NCBI GenBank assembly: GCA_031427055.1
Contig: JANPMR010000553.1
Location: 1-53,442 of the forward strand
DNA from: Rubrivivax sp.
GTDB taxonomy: Bacteria > Pseudomonadota > Gammaproteobacteria > Burkholderiales > Burkholderiaceae_C
Direction: 5' to 3'
DNA length: 53,442 nt
The notes beneath the pieces were generated by a model that was not told the DNA's origin, searched no databases, and worked only from the letters and a program-made list of their open reading frames with translations. Shown here piece by piece: positions 14,017-23,348 of the stretch (position 1 is its first letter; the number at the start of each line of letters is the position of its first letter). Position numbers and translations under genes: made by a program.

Positions 14017-16134
14017 ATGCACAAGCCGCGGCCCTGGCTGTCGTCAATCACTTTCAGCGTGGCTGCGTTCGCGGCGTCCGCCGCATCGGCCGCCGGACTG
14101 GGGAGTGGCGGGTCGGCTGCCGTGCTCGGACAGCCGCTCGACTTCGTGGTTCAGGTTCGGCTCGATGCCGGCGACACGCAGGCGCTGGAATGCGTGGTGG
14201 CCGAGGTGATGGTCGGCGAGCGTCGCTTGCCGGCGCCCCTGGTCCGCACCACCGTCGACACCCGAGGCGGCGACGGCGCCCGCATCCGCGTCACCACGAC
14301 ATTGGCCATCGATGAGCCGGTGATCGGCATCAACCTCAGCGCGGGCTGCGTGTCGCGGATCTCGCGACGCTATGTCGTGCTGGCCGATCCGCCGCTGTCG
14401 GCGCCGGCCGCCTTGCCCTTGCCGCCATCGATCGAAGTGGCTGCTGCGCCCGCTGTCGAGTCGCCATCGCCATCCTTATCGTCAGTGCCGGTGGGGGTCG
14501 GGGTCGGGGTCGCTTCGGCGCAGCGCACCGCAGACGCCGTGGCCGAGCCGGGCGCGCCCGCCGCGGCCACCTCGGTGCCGGCCGTGCGCCGGCCCGTGGC
14601 GCAGGCGGGCCCGCGCAACAAGGCGCGTGCCGAGCGTCGGCTGGCCCGCAAGCCCGAGCCCACACAGACCGCAGCTGCCAAGAGCCCGCGGCGCACCGCG
14701 AAGGCCGGGCCGCCCGCGCGGCTGCAGCTTGAGATGGTGGCGCCAGCACCGGCGCCGGGTGGCGAGCGGGCCACGGTCGATGAAGCGATCGAGGCCGTGG
14801 CGCAAGCGGCCAGCGCGGCCCGCGCGGCGGCCTCGGCGGCCTCGGCCAGTGCCGAGAGGCTTGCAAGCATGGAAGGCATGGTCGAGCAGTTGCGCAGCGA
14901 GGCCAAGGCCAGCCGCGAGCTTGCGGCGCAACTGCGCACCCGGCTGATCGAAACCGATCAGTCCAGCCGCTGGACTTTGCCGCTGGCGGTGCTGGTGCTG
15001 ATGCTCGCTGCGCTTGCCGCGTGGCTGGCCTGGCGGCTGGCCGCCGCGCAGCGCGAGCGTCAACAAGGCTGGCAGGCAGCCGCGCTGGTGCCGGTGGCCG
15101 AGCCGCCGGGTGTGGCCGACAAGATGACCACGTCTGCGGCGCCCTTCGTCACGGCCGCGCACAGCGCAGGGCGACCGATGCCGGCGCGCCCGCGCGCCAA
15201 GGCGACACCGGCTTGGCCGCCGCCCGCGCCGGCCCAGGACTGGGCCGGCAACACGACCCAGAACTCACCGACCACGGTGGCGTCGCCGGCACCCACATCG
15301 CTGCCCGCAGCGATCACGCCAACCATCTCGGTCACGCCTGCCGCTGCGGAGGCCCGGCGCGCCAGTGCGCCGGCCGCGCCGCCACCGGGCGCCGCAGAGT
15401 CGGTAACGCACCGCACCGAGGTCCTGCCGGCCAACGTGCGTATCGAGGAAGGCGCGTCGCGCGACGTCTCGATCGAGGAGCTGATCGATCTTGAGCAGCA
15501 GGCCGAGTTCTTCGTCGTCCTGGGCCAGGACGACTCGGCCGTGGAACTGCTCAACGAACACGTGCGCAGCACTGGCGGCGGCAGCCCGCTGCCCTACCTG
15601 AAGCTGCTCGAGATTCACCACCGGCGCAGCGAACGCAAGGCCTACGAAGCCATCCGTGCGCGCTTCAATCAGCATTTCAACGCCTATGCGCCCGAGTGGG
15701 GCGTGGGCATTTCCGCCGGCCGCGCCTTGAGCGATTACAGCGGCGTCATTCCGCGCCTGCAACAAGTCTGGGCGCGGCCCTTGGACGCCATGGCCGAGCT
15801 GGAGGCGCTGCTGTTCCGCAAGTCGCGCGGCGATCTCTTCGATCTGCCCGCCTACCGCGAAGTGCTCTTCCTGTACGCGCTGGCGCGCGACCTGACGGAT
15901 CGCGAGGCGGCCGACAGCGGCGACATCGACCTGCTGCTGCCGATGGCCGACGGCAGCGAGTTCAGCACCACGGCGCCGGCACCCTACCTGGCACTGGAGT
16001 TGGCCGGCGAGCCTGAGGGGCCGGATGAGCACCCCACGCTGCCGCTGGACTTTGACCTCTCGGTGATGGACCGCCCGAGCAGCATCTTCGATCAGCTGCG
16101 CGACCCCGCAACGCGGCCCGGCGAGCGCGGCTGA
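14017..16134 (+). CDS. FimV-like polar/type IV pilus landmark protein
   Basis: Signal peptide, FimV-type N-terminus (LGQPLDFVVQV), Pro/Ala linker, coiled coil, one TM helix, acidic TPR-like C-terminus (QQAEFFVVLGQDDSAVELL, PYLKLLEI). Confidence 0.65.
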   Translation: MHKPRPWLSSITFSVAAFAASAASAAGLGSGGSAAVLGQPLDFVVQVRLDAGDTQALECVVAEVMVGERRLPAPLVRTTVDTRGGDGARIRVTTTLAIDEPVIGINLSAGCVSRISRRYVVLADPPLSAPAALPLPPSIEVAAAPAVESPSPSLSSVPVGVGVGVASAQRTADAVAEPGAPAAATSVPAVRRPVAQAGPRNKARAERRLARKPEPTQTAAAKSPRRTAKAGPPARLQLEMVAPAPAPGGERATVDEAIEAVAQAASAARAAASAASASAERLASMEGMVEQLRSEAKASRELAAQLRTRLIETDQSSRWTLPLAVLVLMLAALAAWLAWRLAAAQRERQQGWQAAALVPVAEPPGVADKMTTSAAPFVTAAHSAGRPMPARPRAKATPAWPPPAPAQDWAGNTTQNSPTTVASPAPTSLPAAITPTISVTPAAAEARRASAPAAPPPGAAESVTHRTEVLPANVRIEEGASRDVSIEELIDLEQQAEFFVVLGQDDSAVELLNEHVRSTGGGSPLPYLKLLEIHHRRSERKAYEAIRARFNQHFNAYAPEWGVGISAGRALSDYSGVIPRLQQVWARPLDAMAELEALLFRKSRGDLFDLPAYREVLFLYALARDLTDREAADSGDIDLLLPMADGSEFSTTAPAPYLALELAGEPEGPDEHPTLPLDFDLSVMDRPSSIFDQLRDPATRPGERG

Positions 16135-16151
16135 GCGTGTGACAGGCCGGC

Positions 16152-17318
16152 CTACAGCCGCGCCAGCCGCTCGAGTGCGGCCAGCAGGGTCTCGTCCCGC
16201 TTGGCAAAGCACAGCCGCGCCAGGCCTTGCTCGAATCCGCCGTCGTAGAACACCGACAGGGGAATGGCGGCCACGCCGATCTCGCGCGTCAGCCACTGGC
16301 AGAACTCGGCCTCGGGCAGGGTGCTGACGCCGCTGTAGTCCACAAGCTGGAAGTAGGTGCCTTGGCTGGGCAGCGCGCGCAGCCGCGTGCGCGCCAGGCC
16401 GTCGCGAAAGAGGTCGCGCTTGCGCTGGTAGAAGGCCGGCAATTCGCGGTAGGGCAAGGGGTCGGACAAGTAGCGCGCCAGGCCGTGTTGAACCGGCGTG
16501 TTGACCGTGAAGACGTTGAACTGATGCACCTTGCGGAACTCGGTTGTCAACGCCGCGGGTGCCGCCACGGTGCCGACCTTCCACCCGGTGACGTGAAAAG
16601 TCTTGCCGAAGCTCGAGACCACAAACGCCCGCGCCGCCAGCATCGCAATCGACGAGGCGCTGACGTGCGGCACGCCGTCGAACACCATGTGCTCGTAGAC
16701 CTCGTCGGACAGCAGCAGCACCTGGGTTGGCACCAGCAGATCGGCAAGCTGCTGCATCTCGGCCGCGGTCCACACCGTGGCACTCGGGTTGTGCGGGCTG
16801 TTGATCATGAGCAGCCGGGTGCGCGGCGTCATGGCCGCGGCGATGCGCGCGAAGTCGGGCCGGAAGCTGCCCGGCGTGAGCGGCACGCGCACCACGCTGC
16901 CGCCGGCCAGTTCAATGCTGGGGCCGTAGCTGTCGTAGCAGGGTTCGAGCACGATGACCTCGTCGCCCGGCTGCACACAGCACAGCACGGCGGTGAGGAT
17001 GGCCTGCGTGGCGCCAGCCGTGATGGTGATCTCGGTGGCCGCGTCGTAGCGGCGGCCGTAGAGGGCCGCGATCTTGTCGGCCACGCGCTCGCGGAGCACC
17101 GGCAGGCCGGTCATCGGCGGGTACTGGTTGAGGCCTTCGCGCATGGCGGCGGTGACGTGGTCCACCAGCGCCGGATCGCAATCAAAGTCCGGGAAGCCCT
17201 GGCCGAGATTGACCGCGCCGGTCTCTTGGGCCAGCGCCGACATGACGGTGAAGATGGTCGTGCCGACCTGCGGCAGCCGGCTTCGGATCGCGGGCGCGGT
17301 GGGTTCGAGGGGGCTCAT
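16152..17318 (-). CDS. ybdL: PLP-dependent aminotransferase class I (methionine aminotransferase YbdL-like)
   Basis: NLGQGFPDF, NSPHNPS, SDEVYEH, SFGKTFHVTGWKVG. Confidence 0.85.
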   Translation of the reverse strand: MSPLEPTAPAIRSRLPQVGTTIFTVMSALAQETGAVNLGQGFPDFDCDPALVDHVTAAMREGLNQYPPMTGLPVLRERVADKIAALYGRRYDAATEITITAGATQAILTAVLCCVQPGDEVIVLEPCYDSYGPSIELAGGSVVRVPLTPGSFRPDFARIAAAMTPRTRLLMINSPHNPSATVWTAAEMQQLADLLVPTQVLLLSDEVYEHMVFDGVPHVSASSIAMLAARAFVVSSFGKTFHVTGWKVGTVAAPAALTTEFRKVHQFNVFTVNTPVQHGLARYLSDPLPYRELPAFYQRKRDLFRDGLARTRLRALPSQGTYFQLVDYSGVSTLPEAEFCQWLTREIGVAAIPLSVFYDGGFEQGLARLCFAKRDETLLAALERLARL

Positions 17319-17328
17319 GTCGTGGCGT

Positions 17329-18273
17329 TCAGAGTTGGTAGTCGCTGCCCTGGCCGCTCATTGCGCGCGCGATGAGCGCGGCCGACAGGTTGGGCGACAG
17401 CAGTTCGGCAAATGCGGTCACAAACTGGCGCAGGTAGGCACCGCGCTTGAAGGCCACGCGCGTGACGTTGGCGCCGAACAGATGGCCCAGTGGCCGTGCC
17501 ACCAGATCGGCATCAGCGGGCTCGGCGCGCATCGCCAATTCGCTGACGATGCCCACGCCAAGGCCCAGGCGCACATAGGTCTTGATGACGTCGGAGTCAA
17601 TCGCTTCGAGCGCGACCATGGGCTTCAGGCGTGCGCGCTCAAAGGCCTGGTCGATTCGGGTGCGGCCGGTCATCGTGGGCTGGTACATCACGAGGGCATG
17701 CGCGGCCAGTTGCTCCAGCGTCGGCCGCTCCACCGCCGCGAGCGGGTGGGCCGTCGGCACCACCATCGCGTGCTGCCATTCGTAGCAGGGCAGGGTGATG
17801 AGATCGGCGTGGGCGCCCAGCGCCTCGGTGGCCAGGCCGATCTCGGCCACGTCGTCCAGCAGCATGCGCGCCACCTGCTCGGGCATGCCCTGGTGCAGCA
17901 CCACCTGTACCTTGGGGTAACGTCGGCGCAACTCGGCCACCGGCGCCGGCAGGAAGTAGCGCGCCTGGGTGTGCGTGGTGGCGATCGACAGGGTGCCGGC
18001 GTCCTGCTTGGAGTATTCCTCGCCGATGCGCTTGAGGTTGGCCACCTCGCGCATGACGATTTCGATCGAGCGCAGCACCTGCTGGCCGGGTTCGGTGACG
18101 CGCTTCAGGCGCTTGCCGTGGCGGGCAAAGATGTCCACGCCCAGCTCTTCTTCGAGCTCGAGAATGGCCTTGCTGATGCCGGGCTGCGACGTGAACAGCG
18201 CCTTGGCGGTCTCGGTGAGGTTGAGCTTGCGGCGCACCGCCTCTTGCACGAAGCGAAACTGGTGCAGGTTCAT
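17329..18273 (-). CDS. cysB: CysB/Cbl family LysR regulator
   Basis: MNLHQFRFVQE...LFTSQPGISK, ATTHTQARY, DSDVIKTYVRLGLGVGI. Confidence 0.9.
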   Translation of the reverse strand: MNLHQFRFVQEAVRRKLNLTETAKALFTSQPGISKAILELEEELGVDIFARHGKRLKRVTEPGQQVLRSIEIVMREVANLKRIGEEYSKQDAGTLSIATTHTQARYFLPAPVAELRRRYPKVQVVLHQGMPEQVARMLLDDVAEIGLATEALGAHADLITLPCYEWQHAMVVPTAHPLAAVERPTLEQLAAHALVMYQPTMTGRTRIDQAFERARLKPMVALEAIDSDVIKTYVRLGLGVGIVSELAMRAEPADADLVARPLGHLFGANVTRVAFKRGAYLRQFVTAFAELLSPNLSAALIARAMSGQGSDYQL

Positions 18274-18656
18274 GGCGCGCTGCCCAATGCGGCAACGGCC
18301 GCTGCGGCCATGGCCGCGACGACGCCGTCGACCTCGCCCACGGCCGGGTGCAGCGTGACCGGCACTTGCGGGTGCGCGGCGCGCAAGGCATCCAGCAGCA
18401 GCGGCAGGTCCTTGCGCACATGGCCGCCGGCACCCAGGAACATCGGCAGCACCTCGATGCGGGTGCAGCCGCACCCGGCCAGATTGGCGCCGGCGTCGGG
18501 CAGGGTCGGCGTCATGAATTCGAGAAAGGCCAACCTCACGGGCACGCCAGGCCGCAGCGTGCGCACCTGCGCCGCCACGGCTTCGAAGGGCGCGGCCCAG
18601 CGCGGGTCGCGGGCGCCGTGGGCGAAGAGGATCAGGCCGGTGCTCGAATTCGTCAT
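18270..18656 (-). CDS. CbiX/SirB family sirohydrochlorin chelatase (short form)
   Basis: LFAHGARDPRW, AFLEFMTP, PMFLGAGGHVRKDLP. Confidence 0.85.
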   Translation of the reverse strand: MTNSSTGLILFAHGARDPRWAAPFEAVAAQVRTLRPGVPVRLAFLEFMTPTLPDAGANLAGCGCTRIEVLPMFLGAGGHVRKDLPLLLDALRAAHPQVPVTLHPAVGEVDGVVAAMAAAAVAALGSAP

Positions 18657-18661
18657 CGTGC

Positions 18662-19774
18662 TCAACGGTAACGCACCAGCCAGGCGAAGGCCGCCATCGA
18701 CAGCAACAGGTACAGGCCACTGGGCGCCGCCGCCGCCACCCAGGGCGTCCAGCCCTTCAAGGTGGCGAGGTGTCCCGACAGGTTGTGCAGCAGCACGAAG
18801 CTGATGCCGAGCAGGATGCCGCCAAAGACCTTGAGGCTGACGCTGCCGGCGCGCGCGTGCAGGTAGGCGAAAGGCAAGGCCAGCGCGACCATCACCAGAC
18901 AGGCCAGCGGGTACAGCGCCTTGCGCCAGAAGCGGACTTGATGCCCCTGGACGGCTTGCTCCTGATCGCTGAGGTGGGCGCTGTAGCGCCACAGTTCCAG
19001 CGTCGTCATCGTGCCCAAGGGCAGCACGGCCGCGGCCACGACCTTGGCGCTGAGCGTGCTGGGCCACAAGAGCTGCGCGTGCTGCTCGACTTGCACCTGC
19101 GACGTGCCTTCGCTGCGCGGCAGTGGCCAGCGCGCGACGGCGGCGGTGCTCAGCGCCCAGCTGCCGTCGCTGCCGACGCGGCCCTCACGCGCCTCGATGC
19201 GCGTGAGCAGGCGGCCGTCGGGGTCGAACTCGAAGATGCGGATGCCAGCCAGCGCACCGCCGGCGGTGGCACCGGCGACGTTGACGGAAAAGCTGCGCTC
19301 ACCGTCGGGCGTGCTGCGGCGCTCCTTGAGCCAGGCACCGGCACCGCCCAGCCGGATGCCGCCGCTGGCTCGCGCCTTGAGCAGGGCCAGCTCGCGCTCG
19401 CAGGCCGGCGCGACGAAATCGCCCACCGCGAAGGTCAGCACCGCGAATGCCGCGCCCAGCGCCGCGAGCAGGCCCAGGGCGCGGCCGGGGCTCAGGCCGC
19501 CGGTGCGCAGGATGGTGAACTCAGACGACTGCGCAAGCCGGGCCAGCGAGTAGATGGTGCCGATCAGCACCGCGATGGGAAACAGCTCGTAGAAGTGGCT
19601 GGGCAGGACGAGTGCCGCCGCCTGCAACGCGGTGCCGATGTTGCGCCCGCGATTGCCCACGCCGTCGAGCTCTTCCACCAGGTCGATGAAGAAGAAGAGC
19701 GACAGGAAGGCCAGTGAGACAAACATCACCGAGGCGACGATGTCGCGGTAGAGCAGGCGACGCACGGTCTTCAT
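18662..19774 (-). CDS. lptG: LPS export ABC transporter permease LptG
   Basis: Six-TM pattern, LAQSSEFTILRTGGLS, FWRKALYP; downstream of lptF. Confidence 0.9.
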   Translation of the reverse strand: MKTVRRLLYRDIVASVMFVSLAFLSLFFFIDLVEELDGVGNRGRNIGTALQAAALVLPSHFYELFPIAVLIGTIYSLARLAQSSEFTILRTGGLSPGRALGLLAALGAAFAVLTFAVGDFVAPACERELALLKARASGGIRLGGAGAWLKERRSTPDGERSFSVNVAGATAGGALAGIRIFEFDPDGRLLTRIEAREGRVGSDGSWALSTAAVARWPLPRSEGTSQVQVEQHAQLLWPSTLSAKVVAAAVLPLGTMTTLELWRYSAHLSDQEQAVQGHQVRFWRKALYPLACLVMVALALPFAYLHARAGSVSLKVFGGILLGISFVLLHNLSGHLATLKGWTPWVAAAAPSGLYLLLSMAAFAWLVRYR

Positions 19775-20870
19775 GCCGCGGCCCTGACTCGCGCCAGCCG
19801 CCACGGCCGCAGCACTGCGGCGTGGTCGCGCCACCACAGCAGCGCCAACGCCAGCGCGAAGGCGCTGCCGTGCACGGCAGCCAGTGCGGCACCCATGTCC
19901 ACGCGGCCGTTGACCACCCAGGCCTGCGTGAGGTTGACGAGGTTGTAGTAGACGACAAAGGTCATCAACGCAAACAGCAGGTTCCAGTTGCTGGCCCGGC
20001 GCGGGTTGGTCGCCGCCAGACCGATGCCCAGCAGCAGCAAGTTGGCCGCCGCCAGCACGAGCCCGATGCGCCAGGTCAACTCGCCGCGATGGCGCGCGGT
20101 GGGCTGGCGGACGAGATCGATCGTGCTGACCGTTCTGGGCGGACGGTCCTCGCCGGCCCCCAGCGCGCGTTCGCTGGCCAGCACGCGGTAGCCTTCGAAG
20201 CTCGACAGCATGCGCTCGCCGCCTCTCAGGTCGACGTCGCTGCGCTGGCCCCGTTCGAGCACCAGATAGCGACTGTCGCGTTCGTTTTCGAGCCGGCCCG
20301 CGCGGGCCGTGGTGACCGATTCGCGCCTGTCGTCGCGGTTCAGGATGAAGACGTTGCGCGCATTGATGCCGTCGGTGCTTTCGCGCTCGACAAAAAACAC
20401 GCGCCGGCCGTCGGCCGAAGTCTGAAACACGCCAGGCGTGATACGCGCCAGGTCGGAGCGCTGCTGGTAGCGGTCGCGCAGCTCCTGGCTGCTGCGATTG
20501 CCCCAGGGCCAGACGAACAGCACCAGCAGGCCCACCACCACCAGCACCGGCCAGCAGGTGCGCAACACCGGCCGCACGAAGCGCGACAGGCTCACGCCGC
20601 TGGCAAACCAGATCGCCATCTCGTTGTCGCGGTACATGCGCCCAAGCGCCACCACGATGGCCACGAACATCGACAGTGACAGCATCATCGGCAGCTGGCC
20701 GAGCGCGACATAGCCCAGCGCAGCACCACGTCCTGGGGCGCCACGGCGCCGCTGGCCGCCTGGCCCACGGTGCGGATCAAGAGCATCGTCAACATGATGG
20801 TGAGGATGACCACCAAGGTGGCGCCGAAGCCCCGCGAGAGCTCACGGCGCACAGTTGAATCGAATAACAT
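19771..20870 (-). CDS. lptF: LPS export ABC transporter permease LptF, interrupted by a 1-nt frameshift near 20720
   Basis: MLFDSTVRRELSRGFGATL...QDVVL in one frame continues as LGYVALGQLPMMLSLS...RMYRDNEMAIW in another; ATG-to-stop span is 1100 nt (not a multiple of 3). Confidence 0.88.
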
Positions 20871-20898
20871 CCGCCGTTTTCCCAGGTTGGATCGAATT

Positions 20899-22362
20899 AT
20901 GGACTTCAAGACCCAGGTGATCGGGGCCGGCGCTGTGGCCGGTGTGGCGGCCGATGCGCTGCTCGTCGTGCTCGCGGGCACGGCTGTGCCGGAGGGTCTA
21001 GACGGGCCGCTGGCCAGCGTGCTGAACGCAGCGGTCAAGGCCGGTGACTTCGCATTCAAGGCCGGCAGCCTGCTGTACGTGCATGGCATGGCCGACGTGA
21101 AGGCCGCCCGCGTGGTCTTCACCTGCGCCCTTGATGGCACCGCAAAGGCATTCAAGAAGGCCATCGCCACTGGCGTGGCGGCGGTCAAGGGCGGTGGCAG
21201 TCAACATCTCGTCGTGGCCTACATCGGCGGCACATGGGCCGCGGGTCACGCCAAGGCACTCGTGGCCGCTGTCGACGAGACGCTCTACGTCTACCGCCAG
21301 ACCAAGCCGAGCGCGGCAGCTGCGGGCAAGCTGCAGCGCGTGTCGCTGCTGTGCGGCAAGGCCGAATCAGCGATGCTGACGGATGCGCTGCACCTGGGCG
21401 AATCGCTCGCCGCCGGCACGGCGCTGGCACGCGAACTGGCCAACCTGCCGGCCAACCATTGCACACCCACGCATCTGGCCGACACGGCACGCCGCCTGGG
21501 CAAAGAGTTCGACTTCAAGGTCGAGGTACTCGACCGCGCCGACTGCGCCAAGCTGGGCATGGGGTCGTTCCTGGCGGTCGCGCAAGGCTCGGCCGAGCCG
21601 CCCAAGTTCATCATCGCGCGGTACAACGGCGGCGGCAAGAAGGAAGCGCCAGTGGTGCTGGTGGGCAAGGGCATCACCTTCGACACCGGTGGCATCTCCA
21701 TCAAGCCGGCGCCCGAGATGGATGAGATGAAGTTCGACATGGGTGGCGCCGCCAGCGTGCTGGGTACGCTGCGGGCGGTGGCTGGGGCCAAGGCCCGGGT
21801 CAACTTGATCGGCATCATCCCGGCCTGCGAGAACATGCCCAGCAGCCGCGCCGTCAAGCCGGGCGACGTGGTGACCAGCCTGTCGGGCCAGACCATCGAG
21901 ATCCTGAACACCGATGCCGAAGGTCGGCTCATCCTGTGCGACGCGCTGACCTATGCCGAGCGCTTCAAGCCAGCCGCCGTGGTCGACATCGCGACGCTGA
22001 CGGGCGCCTGCGTGATTGCATTGGGCCACCACCGATCAGGTCTGTTCAGCAGCGACGACGCGCTGGCTGCCGAACTGCTGGCCGCGGGTGATGAAGCGCT
22101 GGATCCCGCCTGGCGCATGCCGCTGGACGAGGAATACGACGAGGCTCTGAAGAGCAGTTTCGCCGATATGGGCAACGTCGGCGGCCGTGCTGGCGGCGCC
22201 ATCACGGCGGCGATGTTCCTCAAGCGCTTCACCGCCAAGCTGCGCTGGGCGCACCTTGACATTGCCGGCACGGCCTGGAAGTCGGGCGCGGCCAAGGGCG
22301 GCACCGGCCGCCCGGTGCCCTTGCTGACGCACTTCGTGCTGGCGCGCGCCAAGGGCGGGTGA
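20899..22362 (+). CDS. pepA: Leucyl aminopeptidase (M17)
   Basis: VGKGITFDTGG, MKFDMGG, NTDAEGRL, HLDIAG. Confidence 0.95.
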   Translation: MDFKTQVIGAGAVAGVAADALLVVLAGTAVPEGLDGPLASVLNAAVKAGDFAFKAGSLLYVHGMADVKAARVVFTCALDGTAKAFKKAIATGVAAVKGGGSQHLVVAYIGGTWAAGHAKALVAAVDETLYVYRQTKPSAAAAGKLQRVSLLCGKAESAMLTDALHLGESLAAGTALARELANLPANHCTPTHLADTARRLGKEFDFKVEVLDRADCAKLGMGSFLAVAQGSAEPPKFIIARYNGGGKKEAPVVLVGKGITFDTGGISIKPAPEMDEMKFDMGGAASVLGTLRAVAGAKARVNLIGIIPACENMPSSRAVKPGDVVTSLSGQTIEILNTDAEGRLILCDALTYAERFKPAAVVDIATLTGACVIALGHHRSGLFSSDDALAAELLAAGDEALDPAWRMPLDEEYDEALKSSFADMGNVGGRAGGAITAAMFLKRFTAKLRWAHLDIAGTAWKSGAAKGGTGRPVPLLTHFVLARAKGG

Positions 22363-22417
22363 AGGCGCCGCTGCGCGGCACCCGCGTCCGAGGCAGCAAA
22401 GTTAGCCGCTCTGCCCG

Positions 22418-22852
22418 ATGACCGAGGTCGAGTTCCACACCGGCGTGACGGACCCGCTGGACTTCGCCTGCCGCCTGCTGCGCAAAGCCTACCGGCAGGG
22501 CGTGCAGGTGCTGGTCACGGCGCCGGCGGATGTTCTGGGGGCGCTTGATCGAATGCTCTGGACCTTTGACGAGCGCGACTTCATACCGCATGTGCGCGTG
22601 CCGGGCGCCGCAGTCGCAGCAGCGGCGATGACGCCCATCTGGCTGGCCACCGGCGATGTCAGTCTGGACGGCGCACCCACGGTGCGCGTGAACATCGGCG
22701 CCGATGCGCCCGCTGCACCGCAGGCGCTGCAGCGGCTGATCGAGATCGTCGGCGCCGAACCCGATGAGGCAGCGCGTGGCCGCGAGCGCTGGCGGGCTTA
22801 CAAGGCGGCCGGACTGGAGATCACGCATCACCCGGCGGGCGCTCGTGAGTGA
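22418..22852 (+). CDS. holC: DNA polymerase III subunit chi
   Basis: ACRLLRKAY, LDRMLWTFDERDFIPH, RERWRAY; conserved position after pepA. Confidence 0.9.
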   Translation: MTEVEFHTGVTDPLDFACRLLRKAYRQGVQVLVTAPADVLGALDRMLWTFDERDFIPHVRVPGAAVAAAAMTPIWLATGDVSLDGAPTVRVNIGADAPAAPQALQRLIEIVGAEPDEAARGRERWRAYKAAGLEITHHPAGARE

Positions 22853-23261
22853 TCTGCGCCAGCCGCCAGACGCTGACCGTCTGCCGACGCTGACCGAGGT
22901 CCTCGAGTTCGGCCCCGGCGACGAAGTCATCTTTGGGCTGTCCGACGAAGTCGCGCGGGTGGCCGTGATCGACGAGCCGCCAGCAGTCATCGCAGCGCCG
23001 CCACCTGCCTTCGATGAGGCCGCGCTGATGCAGCGGATTCTTGATGAGGTGGTGCTGCACGTCGACGCGATGTTCGAGTCGCGCTTGCGCGAGGCGCTGG
23101 CCCCGGCGCTGGCGCGTGCGGCCGACGGGCTGATCCGCGACACGCGGGCTGAACTTGTGCCGGCGCTGCGCGAAATCGTGGTAGCGGCGGCGTTGCGCGC
23201 GGCTGCGGCGGTGGCCACGCCGGCTCACGATGAATCCGAGAAATCCCCGCTTGGGGTGTGA
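22845..23261 (+). CDS. Hypothetical acidic helical protein downstream of holC
   Basis: GTG start overlapping the holC end; LPTLTEV motif, acidic/Pro linker, amphipathic C-terminal helices. Confidence 0.7.
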   Translation: MSDLRQPPDADRLPTLTEVLEFGPGDEVIFGLSDEVARVAVIDEPPAVIAAPPPAFDEAALMQRILDEVVLHVDAMFESRLREALAPALARAADGLIRDTRAELVPALREIVVAAALRAAAAVATPAHDESEKSPLGV

Positions 23262-23348
23262 CTTTTTTTGCGCTATCGTCGCTGGCTTGGTTTTTTATCG
23301 ATGCCTGTCGGCAGACGACGGCACCCACCCACCACCGGAGGTTTTTGC

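Noticed and set aside
14490-14515. GGGGTC short tandem repeat in the FimV-like gene
   Set aside because: Only about three units encoding VGVGVG in a low-complexity linker; a 6-nt unit preserves frame, so it is not a phase-variation switch.
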